Positions 1 to 8,600 of a DNA stretch of 32,000 nucleotides are shown in pieces. Location: positions 1,740,001 to 1,772,000 of the forward strand of contig NC_009925.1 of assembly GCF_000018105.1 (NCBI RefSeq), in the 5' to 3' direction. Numbering within the stretch: the stretch's first letter is position 1; the number at the start of each line of letters is the position of its first letter. The position numbers were made by a program, and so were the translations under genes. Source of the stretch: Acaryochloris marina MBIC11017. GTDB taxonomy: Bacteria; Cyanobacteriota; Cyanobacteriia; Thermosynechococcales; Thermosynechococcaceae. Under the pieces are notes generated by a model. The model had not been told where the DNA came from and made no database searches. It saw only the letters and a list, made by a program, of their open reading frames with translations.

Positions 1-96
1 CATCGCTGCTCAACCGTTAATAGACCGACATGCAGCACGAATAATCCTCTTAGCAAACCAGCGAACTCAATTCTTTCGGGTTGAATGCCCTTTTTA

Positions 97-1032
97 CTAA
101 GACAACAATTGAATGCCACTACTACAAAATTTAGTTACCAGAATTTCTAAATCTGGATCTGGAAGAGCCGTTTGTAACTGGGTCGCCATTAACTCGGCCT
201 TGGAACGCGAATCCGCTAACCCAAACACCGTTGGTCCTGACCCTGACATCATCGTTCCCAAGGCTCCAAAAGATTGGAATAAGTCACGAATTTCCTGCAC
301 CTGAGGATGTTCAGGCAGAACCACTTTCTCCAAATCGTTATATAGATATTGAGGCACTTTTTGGGAATCGCGATGGGAAATCGCGGCCAACAGTTCCACC
401 GAATGTCCTTCACGTCGCCGCTTTTCTAGCGCTTCTGGATCACGAGCATAGGACTCACTAAATTGTTGCCGATAGGTCTTATAGGCCCAAGGCGTGGCAA
501 CGGACAAACTTCGATACTTGGCCAACACTGCATAGAGCTGATCCAAGTCAGGAAGTGGCGTCAGTTCTTCCCCTCGCCCTAAGGCCAAGGCCGTTCCCCC
601 CGACACACAAAAGGGAATATCAGACCCCAACTTGGCCGCATAGGTATGGAGTTCAGCTTGGGTTAATCCCAACCCCCACATCAGATCCAACCCCACTAAC
701 ACGGCTGCCGCATCTGCAGACCCTCCCGCCAGCCCCGCACCAATGGGAATTTTTTTATCAATCGTAATGGCGACACCGCCTTTGCCTGGGAACTGTTCCT
801 GCATCAGCCTCGCGGCCCGATGGGCCAAGTTCGACTGGTCGCAAGGCACTTGAGGATGATTGCAAAACAGCTCAATCCGATCGCCACTCAGGGGCTGTAA
901 CTCAACGATATCCGCCAAGTTAACGCTCTGCATCACCATCACCAATTCATGGAACCCATCCGGTCGATCACCAATAATTTCCAACAATAGATTGATCTTG
1001 GCGGGAGCCTTCAGGGTATAAGCGTGCATCAT
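97..1032 (-). CDS. ispE: 4-diphosphocytidyl-2-C-methyl-D-erythritol kinase (GHMP kinase family)
   Basis: 311-aa ORF. The N-terminus KAPAKINLLLEIIGDRPDGFHEL and the GHMP glycine-rich loop PIGAGLAGGSADAAA are classic IspE signatures, recognised from memory. Two adjacent ATG codons are possible starts. Confidence 0.9.
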   Translation of the reverse strand: MMHAYTLKAPAKINLLLEIIGDRPDGFHELVMVMQSVNLADIVELQPLSGDRIELFCNHPQVPCDQSNLAHRAARLMQEQFPGKGGVAITIDKKIPIGAGLAGGSADAAAVLVGLDLMWGLGLTQAELHTYAAKLGSDIPFCVSGGTALALGRGEELTPLPDLDQLYAVLAKYRSLSVATPWAYKTYRQQFSESYARDPEALEKRRREGHSVELLAAISHRDSQKVPQYLYNDLEKVVLPEHPQVQEIRDLFQSFGALGTMMSGSGPTVFGLADSRSKAELMATQLQTALPDPDLEILVTKFCSSGIQLLS

Positions 1033-1077
1033 AAGTTAGAGGCCGGATGAACCAGTGCAATCAACACTCTACCTCGT

Positions 1078-1887
1078 CTATACCTGGCTTGGATGCACAG
1101 AATCACTTAAGGCAATCCACTGGGTCACACTCAGGTCTTCTGCACGAGCCTGGAGACTGATATTGAGGGTATTCAAGCACTCTGATAACTGGTCCCGATC
1201 CACTAGTGATTTCAGATTATTGCGCAGCATCTTGCGACGACTGCTAAATCCTACCTTTAGTAAGGTTGAAAGCCATTGCGGATTTTGCACAGGTTGGGGA
1301 TAGGGGCGAGGGGTTAGTCGCACTACAGCCGACTCCACTTTAGGGGCAGGCTTAAAGGCAGAGGCGGGGACTGGACATATTAATTCGCAGTCCGCTAGAT
1401 ATTGCGATCGCACCGACAATCCATTAAATATCTTTGAACCCGGTTCGGCCACCAACCGATCCGCCACCTCTTTTTGGATCAGCAATACCACCGTTTCATA
1501 AACGGGCTGCGCTGGTGCATCAATACGGCCCAGCAGCTTACTTAGAATCGGACTCGTAATGTTGTAGGGAATATTGGCAACGACTTTATTCGGGAGCGGC
1601 TCTGTGAGTTCTGCCGCCACATCCAGATTCAGAAAGTCCAATTCCAGTAATGTGAAATTTTCCTGGTCATTAAAGGTGTGACGCAGGGATTTGCATAGGT
1701 CTCGATCTAGCTCAACGGAAACCACGGACTGAGCTTGGGCCAGCAGTTCGCGGGTTAAGACCCCTCTGCCCGGACCGATTTCAAGGATGCGATCGCATCC
1801 TTGTATCTTGGCTGCAGCAATAATCTGCCGAAGCACAGCCTGACTTTTGAGCCAATGCTGAGCAAAACGTTTACGGGGCCTGGGCAT
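1078..1887 (-). CDS. rsmA: 16S rRNA (adenine1518/1519-N6)-dimethyltransferase
   Basis: 269-aa ORF with FAQHWL, the SAM-binding ILEIGPGRGVLT and ANIPYNITSPIL motifs typical of KsgA/RsmA. It lies 45 nt upstream of ispE on the same strand. Confidence 0.9.
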   Translation of the reverse strand: MPRPRKRFAQHWLKSQAVLRQIIAAAKIQGCDRILEIGPGRGVLTRELLAQAQSVVSVELDRDLCKSLRHTFNDQENFTLLELDFLNLDVAAELTEPLPNKVVANIPYNITSPILSKLLGRIDAPAQPVYETVVLLIQKEVADRLVAEPGSKIFNGLSVRSQYLADCELICPVPASAFKPAPKVESAVVRLTPRPYPQPVQNPQWLSTLLKVGFSSRRKMLRNNLKSLVDRDQLSECLNTLNISLQARAEDLSVTQWIALSDSVHPSQV

Positions 1888-1961
1888 TGTAGATTTACCG
1901 AAATACCATCAATATTAGCCTGAGATCCAGGCTTTCGCTCCGCACATTCTTAAGCTTTTCA

Positions 1962-2480
1962 TTATAATTGTCCCAAACCACCAAGGCATCCACTAACAAA
2001 CACATTATTATTTAGGGAAAATGTATTTAACGATACATTCTTGTGATTCGGATCACTTATCCAGGTGATGCGAGTCCGTACTGTACTGTCAAGTAGGTGA
2101 TGGATTCTGTGTTTCTCCAACTCAACTGATTGAACCAAGGGTTGAGTCAAAAAGTATGTTGTTGTGTCCGTTTTTGACGGGAATGAGCACAACAACTGTT
2201 TGGTATTGGTATACACCCTTTTTTTAGCAATAAAAATGACAGCTTTTCCCATTCACCTGAGAAAGCGGACCTTGGAAACCACATTATTTTTCGTAAGGAA
2301 TAACTGATATCACCGCAATTTTAAAATAATTGCCTCTCGACTGCATACACTGTATTCAACGTAGATATCGAATGAACAAAGAATACAGAAGTCAGAATAA
2401 TTATTTTCCTTATCAGCAAGCAGAAGAGTTTCTGTCTTGCCAAAAAGGTGCTGGATTTCTTTAAGATCTAAAAGACTCAT
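1962..2480 (-). pseudogene. Possible degraded gene: one 172-codon frame interrupted by two in-frame TGA codons
   Basis: The ATG at 2480 (MSLLDLKEIQHLFGK...) is exactly 228 nt (76 codons) upstream of, and in frame with, the ATG at 2252 of the 96-aa track ORF. In-frame TGA codons lie at 2310-2312 and 2253-2255 (plus-strand coordinates). No family recognised. The region is AT-rich. Confidence 0.3.
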
Positions 2481-2950
2481 TTCAGATCTTGAAAAAAATT
2501 GGCAACCTATACCACTTAAGAATATTTCCAGTATCTAGATAGCATTCTCCAATAGTCCTTGTGTTATGGAATCAAACCTAGATTCTGGGCATATATTTGC
2601 ACCAATTTACTTAAAGGCCAGCACTGTAAGACGGAGACTCTGAACGGAGAAAGTTCTGTCCTAACTGCCCAGTGAGTCAGGAGTTAAAGCTGAGCTATCA
2701 TAAGCTATTCACTGCATTTTTATCCTCATATCTTTGTCAATGCATCAACAGCAATGTAAAAAAATCAGATATAAAGAAAATATTTAGAAGAAAAATAATT
2801 ACGTATCTAGATGTGTATCATGAATTTAGATATGCATACTGTAGGAAAAAAATATATCTCCTATATACACTTCTAAAAACTAAAAAATTAAATCTCCATA
2901 GATAGTGCAATTGCAATAATCCACTATCTACACAATTCAAATCTGAATAC

Positions 2951-3010
2951 AGCCCAAGAATACCAAGATTCAAAGCGATCAAAAAAATCTTAGTATTCTT
3001 GGGCTTTTAT
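2951..3010 (+). terminator. Long hairpin followed by a T-run (intrinsic-terminator-like)
   Basis: The arms AGCCCAAGAATACCAAGATT (2951-2970) and AATCTTAGTATTCTTGGGCT (2986-3005) pair over 20 bp with one mismatch and a 15-nt loop. They are followed by TTTTATATTT on the plus strand only. Confidence 0.35.
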
Positions 3011-3104
3011 ATTTCATATTCACATCAATATAGATTTAGAATAAAGCTCTCATATATCACTTACAGACAATATTTCAATATTAATTTTTTTTCACAAAAA
3101 AAGC

Positions 3105-3133
3105 TTGACTTGAAATAATCACTACTGTATTAA
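3105..3133 (+). promoter_or_regulatory. Candidate sigma70-type promoter for the peptide gene array
   Basis: TTGACT (3105-3110), a 17-nt spacer, then TATTAA (3128-3133), about 145 nt upstream of the first peptide ATG. AT-rich context makes chance matches likely. Confidence 0.3.
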
Positions 3134-3276
3134 TATAACAAGCGATGAAAAGTATCCAACGGGAGCAAAACTAAATACTTTTCAAAACTCTAAACAAACA
3201 GACTTTATTTTCAATCCAAAAACAAAGTCTGTTCAACGTAAACGATTAAATACCTTAGTGCAAGTGAGGTCATATC

Positions 3277-3510
3277 ATGTCTGAATTATTTACTGACTTG
3301 TCTGATCAACAGCAAGAACTCGTTGCTGGTGGTTCAGTCACTCTACTCAACGTCAACGCGACCAACTTCTACTCAAATACTGAAATCCTTGGGGCTGCTG
3401 GAGCTGCTGGCTCTACTCCAGGTGGATCAGTTGCTGTTGGTGAAATTGCTGGTGCGAACCAAGAAATTTATACCAATGCTCTTGGTGTTCAATTTGGTAA
3501 TGTTTCCTAG
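3277..3510 (+). CDS. Double-glycine-leader peptide precursor, copy 1 (bacteriocin-like)
   Basis: 77 aa. The leader MSELFTDLSDQQQELVAGG matches the LSxxELxxIxGG-type double-glycine consensus. The core is 58 aa, Gly/Ala/Asn-rich and Cys-free. A conserved GTGCAAGTGAGGT motif with a GAGG Shine-Dalgarno lies at 3258-3270. Confidence 0.85.
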   Translation: MSELFTDLSDQQQELVAGGSVTLLNVNATNFYSNTEILGAAGAAGSTPGGSVAVGEIAGANQEIYTNALGVQFGNVS

Positions 3511-3783
3511 GTACAGATTAACTCTGGCTTAATCATTACCAACATTCCGTTGTATTGAGAACAACCAAGAGCTGGTCTTAATTGTGAACCTAGTACTCCA
3601 CCACATAGAAGACGACAGGTTCCTAAAAGCTAAGATGCATTGACATCAAGTATTTTGCTTGCGGTGATTTTATCGAAATCACTGTGGCATAGTCCTAGGA
3701 TATTCACAATTGTTTTGATCCCAGCTTTTGGTTAGTTCCAAGCATTATTCACATTCATTTTTTTGTGCAAGTGAGGTTACATT

Positions 3784-4017
3784 ATGTCTGAATTATTTAC
3801 TGAATTGTCTGATCAACAGCAAGAGCTTGTAGCTGGTGGTTCAGTCACTCTACTCAACGTCAATGCCACAAATTTCTACTCCAATACTGAAATCCTTGGG
3901 GCTGCTGGGGCTGCTGGCTCCACACCAGGTGGATCAGTTGCTGTTGGTGAAATTGCTGGTGCGAACCAAGAAATTGATACTAAAGCGCTTAGTGTTCAAT
4001 TCGGTAACGTTGCTTAG
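3784..4017 (+). CDS. Double-glycine-leader peptide precursor, copy 2
   Basis: 77 aa, differing from copy 1 at 5 residues, 4 of them in the last 13 aa. The upstream motif lies at 3765-3777. Confidence 0.85.
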   Translation: MSELFTELSDQQQELVAGGSVTLLNVNATNFYSNTEILGAAGAAGSTPGGSVAVGEIAGANQEIDTKALSVQFGNVA

Positions 4018-4186
4018 GCATCATTTTTTACCCTAACAACATAGTTCTATTTTGCAAGACTACTGAAAGCAGGTGTATACAATACCGAACAAACTAACAA
4101 CAATTCTTTTTTAGTTTGAAATTAAGCTTTTCAGTAGTACTTACATCTAATTCCATTAATCTCTTAAGTGCAAGTGAGGTCATATC

Positions 4187-4420
4187 ATGTCTGAATTATT
4201 TACTGAATTATCTGATCAACAGCAAGAACTCGTTGCGGGTGGTTCAATCACATTGATCAATGCCAATCTAACCAGCTTTAAATCCAATACTGAAGTTCTT
4301 GGTGCTGCTGGTGGTGCTGCTTCTGGTCCTGGTGGATCTGCAGCGGCTGGTGAAATTGCTGGTGCCAACCAAGAACTTTATACCACTGCCATTAACTTTC
4401 AGTATGGCAACGTACTATAG
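4187..4420 (+). CDS. Double-glycine-leader peptide precursor, copy 3
   Basis: 77 aa. The leader MSELFTELSDQQQELVAGG is identical to copy 2. The core has diverged but is collinear. The upstream motif lies at 4168-4180. Confidence 0.85.
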   Translation: MSELFTELSDQQQELVAGGSITLINANLTSFKSNTEVLGAAGGAASGPGGSAAAGEIAGANQELYTTAINFQYGNVL

Positions 4421-4577
4421 TCATCCATTTGACTGAGTTCTAGGTTTCAAAACCACACGATTAGGGCTGTATAAATTGCATGAATTCTTTTAGTGAACAA
4501 CCTTTATCAAGTTCATTATGGAATCACAATTTCATCCAGCCCTATTCCAGTTTGTCCCAACGTTCCAATCAACTATT

Positions 4578-4823
4578 ATGTCTGGTCAATCCTCTGAGTT
4601 ATTTATAGAGCTATCTGAACATGAGCAAGAAATTGTTGCAGGGGGCACAACAACACTATTCAACTTAAATCAGACGGAATTCTTCTCTCAGTTAAACCTC
4701 TATCAAGCGAGTGGCGTAGCCACTGCTGGCCCCAACGGTGCTAGTGCATCTGGGTCAATCACCCACATGAACCAAACCATAGACACCAAGGCATTCAACT
4801 TCGTCTTCGGCCAGATTGATTGA
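4578..4823 (+). CDS. Double-glycine-leader peptide precursor, copy 4 (divergent)
   Basis: The track ORF starts at 4518. The internal ATG at 4578 gives MSGQSSELFIELSEHEQEIVAGG, collinear with copies 1-3, so 4578 is preferred. The core keeps the NxNxTxF and FGx end motifs. Confidence 0.75.
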   Translation: MSGQSSELFIELSEHEQEIVAGGTTTLFNLNQTEFFSQLNLYQASGVATAGPNGASASGSITHMNQTIDTKAFNFVFGQID

Positions 4824-4860
4824 TAAAAAAACCGGGAAGGCAGGTATCTCAATCATCCCA

Positions 4861-4873
4861 GTGCAAGTGAGGT
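4861..4873 (+). repeat. Orphan fourth copy of the peptide-gene translation-initiation motif GTGCAAGTGAGGT
   Basis: The 13-mer is identical to those 7 nt upstream of the ATGs of copies 1-3, but no start codon or ORF follows. Confidence 0.6.
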
Positions 4874-5048
4874 TTTTGGATATATCCTGCTTTCCCTTAA
4901 GTGGCTAAAACATTGAGATTCCAGTGTTTTAGCTATTCAGAGAGCTTTTAGCTTCTCAAGGATTTAATTATAACAGGCATTAAAGATTAGCTAGTTTCTT
5001 GACCTAACCCCCTATCAATCTCCTTAATGCATAGCCCCATAAGATTCC

Positions 5049-6353
5049 ATGAATACCCTCCAACCTGATCAACTTCACTTTGTTCAGGAAGATGAATTTT
5101 TACCCTCCATTAGCCCGTGGATTTCAATGGGGGGAATGGTTTTGGTGCTGGTATTCGGTGCCGCTGTTGCCATTTCCTCTACCCTCAAATTCAGCATCAC
5201 TGTCAAAGCCCCTGCAGCCATTCGGCCCGCAGGTGGCCTGAGTATCGTCCAAAGTGGTATTGATGGCACCATTACTCATATCAACGTGGAGGAAAACCAG
5301 GTCGTCAAAAAAGGCGATCTGTTTGCACAGCTAGACGATTCAGGGTTGCAAACCCGCAAAAGCCAACTGCAAGGAGATATCCAATCCATTACCCTGCAGA
5401 GATATCAGATCAATGCTCAACTCAGAGCGTTAGACCATCAAATTATTGCTGAAACCCGGTTAGTCAGCCGTTCCATCGCCGCCGCAGAAGCCAACTTAAC
5501 CTCACACCGTCGTCGCTATCAAGATCTTAAAATCAGTACCGAAGCAGACCTAGAAGAAGCCCAAGCTGGGTACCACCTGGCTTCTGAAGAGTATCTACGC
5601 TTCAAAGAACTCGAGGAATCAGGAGCCATTGCCAAACTGCAGGTCAAAGAGAAAGAAGCCTCTTTGAAAGCGGCATCCGCCAGAATTAAGCGTCTTAAGG
5701 CTGCAACCAATCCATCAGACGCCACTATTGATCAAGCCTTAGAACAAATTGCCCAGGAAAAAGCCAGAGGTAGTGTCACCCTGGCAGGTCTCAATCAACA
5801 AAAAGAACAGCTGATGCGCACCCGCATCGAAGCCCAAAAGCAGCTCCAACGCACTCAAAAAGAGCTACAGCAAATCGATAACGAACTCAAAGGTACTAAA
5901 ATCCGGGCTCCCATCGATGGCACCGTTTTACAGCTCAATCTACGCAATCCCGGTCAAGTGGTGCAGCCTGGAATCCCCATCGCTCAAATTGCCCCCCGCA
6001 ACGCTCCTTTGATTATCAAGGCTAGGGTCAACGCCCAAGATATCAACCAGGTGAAAACAGGGCAGATGGTTCAAATGCGCGTTTCAGCCTGCCCCTACAC
6101 GGATTACGGCACCTTACAGGGAACCGTTATGAATGTGTCACCGGATGCCATTCCGGTGAATGATGCTAGCGGTCCAGCCACTAGTCCAGCTTTTTATGAA
6201 GTTACCGTACAACCTCGAACCTTATATATGGGCAATCAACAGCGCTGGTGCCGCCTGCAATTTGGGATGGAGGGTCGAGCCGATATTGTGTCACGCCAAG
6301 AAACCGTTCTCCAATTTGTCTTGAAAAAAGCCCGCTTAATGTCCAACTTCTAA
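5049..6353 (+). CDS. HlyD-family membrane-fusion / periplasmic adaptor protein of the peptide exporter
   Basis: 434 aa. It has an N-terminal TM helix (ISPWISMGGMVLVLVFGAAVAISS), a long Q/E/K-rich coiled-coil centre and a C-terminal KIRAPIDGTVLQLN barrel motif. It lies directly upstream of the C39-ABC gene. Confidence 0.85.
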   Translation: MNTLQPDQLHFVQEDEFLPSISPWISMGGMVLVLVFGAAVAISSTLKFSITVKAPAAIRPAGGLSIVQSGIDGTITHINVEENQVVKKGDLFAQLDDSGLQTRKSQLQGDIQSITLQRYQINAQLRALDHQIIAETRLVSRSIAAAEANLTSHRRRYQDLKISTEADLEEAQAGYHLASEEYLRFKELEESGAIAKLQVKEKEASLKAASARIKRLKAATNPSDATIDQALEQIAQEKARGSVTLAGLNQQKEQLMRTRIEAQKQLQRTQKELQQIDNELKGTKIRAPIDGTVLQLNLRNPGQVVQPGIPIAQIAPRNAPLIIKARVNAQDINQVKTGQMVQMRVSACPYTDYGTLQGTVMNVSPDAIPVNDASGPATSPAFYEVTVQPRTLYMGNQQRWCRLQFGMEGRADIVSRQETVLQFVLKKARLMSNF

Positions 6354-6380
6354 CTCGCCTGATCAAACGATAAAGGCACC

Positions 6381-8576
6381 TTGTCCATGCCCTCTTTAAT
6401 GCTCCTCAATCCCCTACTCAAATCACGCAAAAGCTACCAGTGTGTCAAGCAATGGAGCGAAGAAGATTGTGGAGCCGCGTGCCTAGCTTCAATCTGCAAG
6501 TATTATGGCCGTCTACTGAGCATTACCCGTAGTCGGGAAGTGGTGGGAACAGGACAACTTGGCACCACCCTGTTAGGTCTGAAAAGAGGCGCTGAAGCCC
6601 TAGGGTTCAATGCCCGTTCTGTGAAAGCATCAGAAGCGTTGATTGATCGGCTACAGGACATCTTACTGCCAGCCATTATCCATTGGAAAGGCTATCACTG
6701 GGTCATTCTCTATGGCAAACGCGGTCGCAAGTATGTTGTGGCCGATCCAGGCGTGGGGATTCGGTATCTCACCAAACAGGAACTTCTCGAATCATGGAAT
6801 GGCATCATGCTCTTACTGGAGCCTGATGTCGATCGATTTCATGATCGAGGCGAAGACGAAGAAAAGTCCGGTGGATTTTCTCGCTTCCTGGGTCGGATTT
6901 GGCCCTATCGTACGATTCTGAGCCAAGCCCTTTTGATCAATATTGTCCTGGGATTATTGGCCCTCTCCAGCCCTTTTCTCATCCAGATTCTGACCGATGA
7001 TGTCTTGGTCCGTCAGGATATGGAGTTGCTGACGGTCGTAGTGGTGGGGGTTGTCATTTCCCAAGTGTTCAGCAGTAGCCTGCAAATCATGCAGTCGAAC
7101 CTGATTGCCCACTTCAGCCAGCGGCTGCAGCTCGGTCTAGTCTTAGAGTTTGGTCGCAAAATCCTGCAACTCCCCCTGAACTACTATGAGTCGCGCAGAA
7201 GCGGGGAGATTATCAGCCGTTTGCGAGATATTAACGAAGTCAATCAACTGGTCTCACAAATCGTTGTTCGGGTCCCCAGTCAAATTTTTGTTGCCATTAT
7301 TTCCATTGGCTTCATGCTGTTTTACAGCGCGAGTTTAACCCTAGTGGCTGCAGGGATTGCCATCATCATGGCTATCTCAACCCTGCCATTTCTGCCAATA
7401 TTGCGGAAGAAAACTCGCAATTTACTGATTCTGTCTTCTGAAAATCAAGGAGTCTTAGTTGAAACCTTCAAGGGAGCGCTAGTCCTGAAAACGACCAACG
7501 CAGCGCCCCAGTTTTGGGAAGAGTTTCAATCTCGATTTGGCCGACTAACCCACCTCACCTTCAGCACCATCCAACTGAGTGTCCTCAACGGTACCTTTAC
7601 TCAGTTGATTTCGAGTATTGGCAGTGTCGCTCTTTTGGCCACGGGAAGTCTGCTGGTCATCAAGGAAGAAATCAGTATTGGCCAGTTACTAGCCTTCAAC
7701 ACTATGCAAGGCAACATGCTCGCTTTGATGACGACCATCATCGGCCTCACAGATGAATATTTTCGGGCTCAAACGGCAATTGGCCGTATTTTAGAGGTCA
7801 TCGATGCCACACCAGAATCCGTCGGAGAGACTAACAAACCTTTTGCCCAGCTCTCTGGAGACCATGATATTACCTGCTCCCATTTAAACTTTCACCATGC
7901 TGGGCGAGTCGTTCTCCTAGATGATTTTTCCTTGACGCTACCTGGGGGGAAGGTAACCGTCATCATTGGGAAATCCGGCTGTGGTAAAAGCACCCTGGCC
8001 AAGGTGATCGCAGGCCTTTATCAAACCCAGTCTGGAACCGTCAGAATCGGTCCCTATAATTTACAGGATTTGTCCATCGTCGCTCTCCGGCAACAAGTCT
8101 CGTTTGTCCCCCAAGAACCTCATTTTTGGAGTCGATCCATTATTGAGAACTTTCAGCTAGGCAACCCGCAAGTCTCGTTTGAACAAATCGTAAAGGCCTG
8201 CCAAATTGCGGATGCTGACAGCTTTATCAGCGAATTACCCAATACGTACCAGACCGTTTTAGGTGAGTTTGGTGCCAACTTATCGGGTGGGCAGCGGCAG
8301 CGGTTAGCCATTGCTCGGGCCATTGTTAACGATCCACCCATCTTGATTTTGGATGAATCCACTGCAGGCTTAGATCCCGTGAGCGAAGCCGAAGTTCTAG
8401 ATAAATTACTAGCCTATCGCCAAGGCAAAACGACCATCATGATTTCCCACCGCCCCAGCACCATTAAACGAGCAGAGTGGTTGATTCAAATGGAAAAAGG
8501 CCAACTGCTTTTGGAAGGAGACTTTGCCTCCCTAGCTACTCAACCTGGAGAACATCAGAAGTTTTTAAACCACTAA
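6381..8576 (+). CDS. Peptidase-C39-domain ABC transporter (double-glycine leader cleavage and export)
   Basis: 731 aa. C39 motifs: QWSEEDCGAACLASI (Cys), IIHWKGYHWVILYG (His), VVADPG (Asp). It has a six-helix TMD, Walker A GKSGCGKST, signature LSGGQRQRLAIARA, Walker B ILILDEST and H-loop ISHR. The start is TTG at 6381 or ATG at 6387. Confidence 0.92.
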   Translation: MSMPSLMLLNPLLKSRKSYQCVKQWSEEDCGAACLASICKYYGRLLSITRSREVVGTGQLGTTLLGLKRGAEALGFNARSVKASEALIDRLQDILLPAIIHWKGYHWVILYGKRGRKYVVADPGVGIRYLTKQELLESWNGIMLLLEPDVDRFHDRGEDEEKSGGFSRFLGRIWPYRTILSQALLINIVLGLLALSSPFLIQILTDDVLVRQDMELLTVVVVGVVISQVFSSSLQIMQSNLIAHFSQRLQLGLVLEFGRKILQLPLNYYESRRSGEIISRLRDINEVNQLVSQIVVRVPSQIFVAIISIGFMLFYSASLTLVAAGIAIIMAISTLPFLPILRKKTRNLLILSSENQGVLVETFKGALVLKTTNAAPQFWEEFQSRFGRLTHLTFSTIQLSVLNGTFTQLISSIGSVALLATGSLLVIKEEISIGQLLAFNTMQGNMLALMTTIIGLTDEYFRAQTAIGRILEVIDATPESVGETNKPFAQLSGDHDITCSHLNFHHAGRVVLLDDFSLTLPGGKVTVIIGKSGCGKSTLAKVIAGLYQTQSGTVRIGPYNLQDLSIVALRQQVSFVPQEPHFWSRSIIENFQLGNPQVSFEQIVKACQIADADSFISELPNTYQTVLGEFGANLSGGQRQRLAIARAIVNDPPILILDESTAGLDPVSEAEVLDKLLAYRQGKTTIMISHRPSTIKRAEWLIQMEKGQLLLEGDFASLATQPGEHQKFLNH

Positions 8577-8600
8577 TCCATCGTCATTAGGAGAAAGATC

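Noticed and set aside
2672-2905. 77-aa plus-strand ORF (GTG start) in the AT-rich leader.
   Set aside because: Its Lys/Ile/Tyr/Phe-rich composition mirrors the AT bias. It has a non-ATG start and no SD. It is kept only as a possible explanation for the downstream hairpin.
3323-4036. Alternative-frame ORFs 3323-3532 and 3836-4036 overlapping peptide genes 1 and 2.
   Set aside because: They are shifted-frame read-throughs of the same duplicated DNA. They have no start context or motif, and their Leu/Val/Lys-rich composition looks like an artefact. The GG-leader frames explain the conservation.
3349-4700. A conserved N-x-T sequon (NAT, NLT, NQT) in all cores as a sign of N-glycosylation.
   Set aside because: The sequon is part of an alternating N-x-N-x-T-x-F pattern, which is better explained by beta-strand periodicity. 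No glycosyltransferase gene is present in the window. It cannot be excluded without MS.
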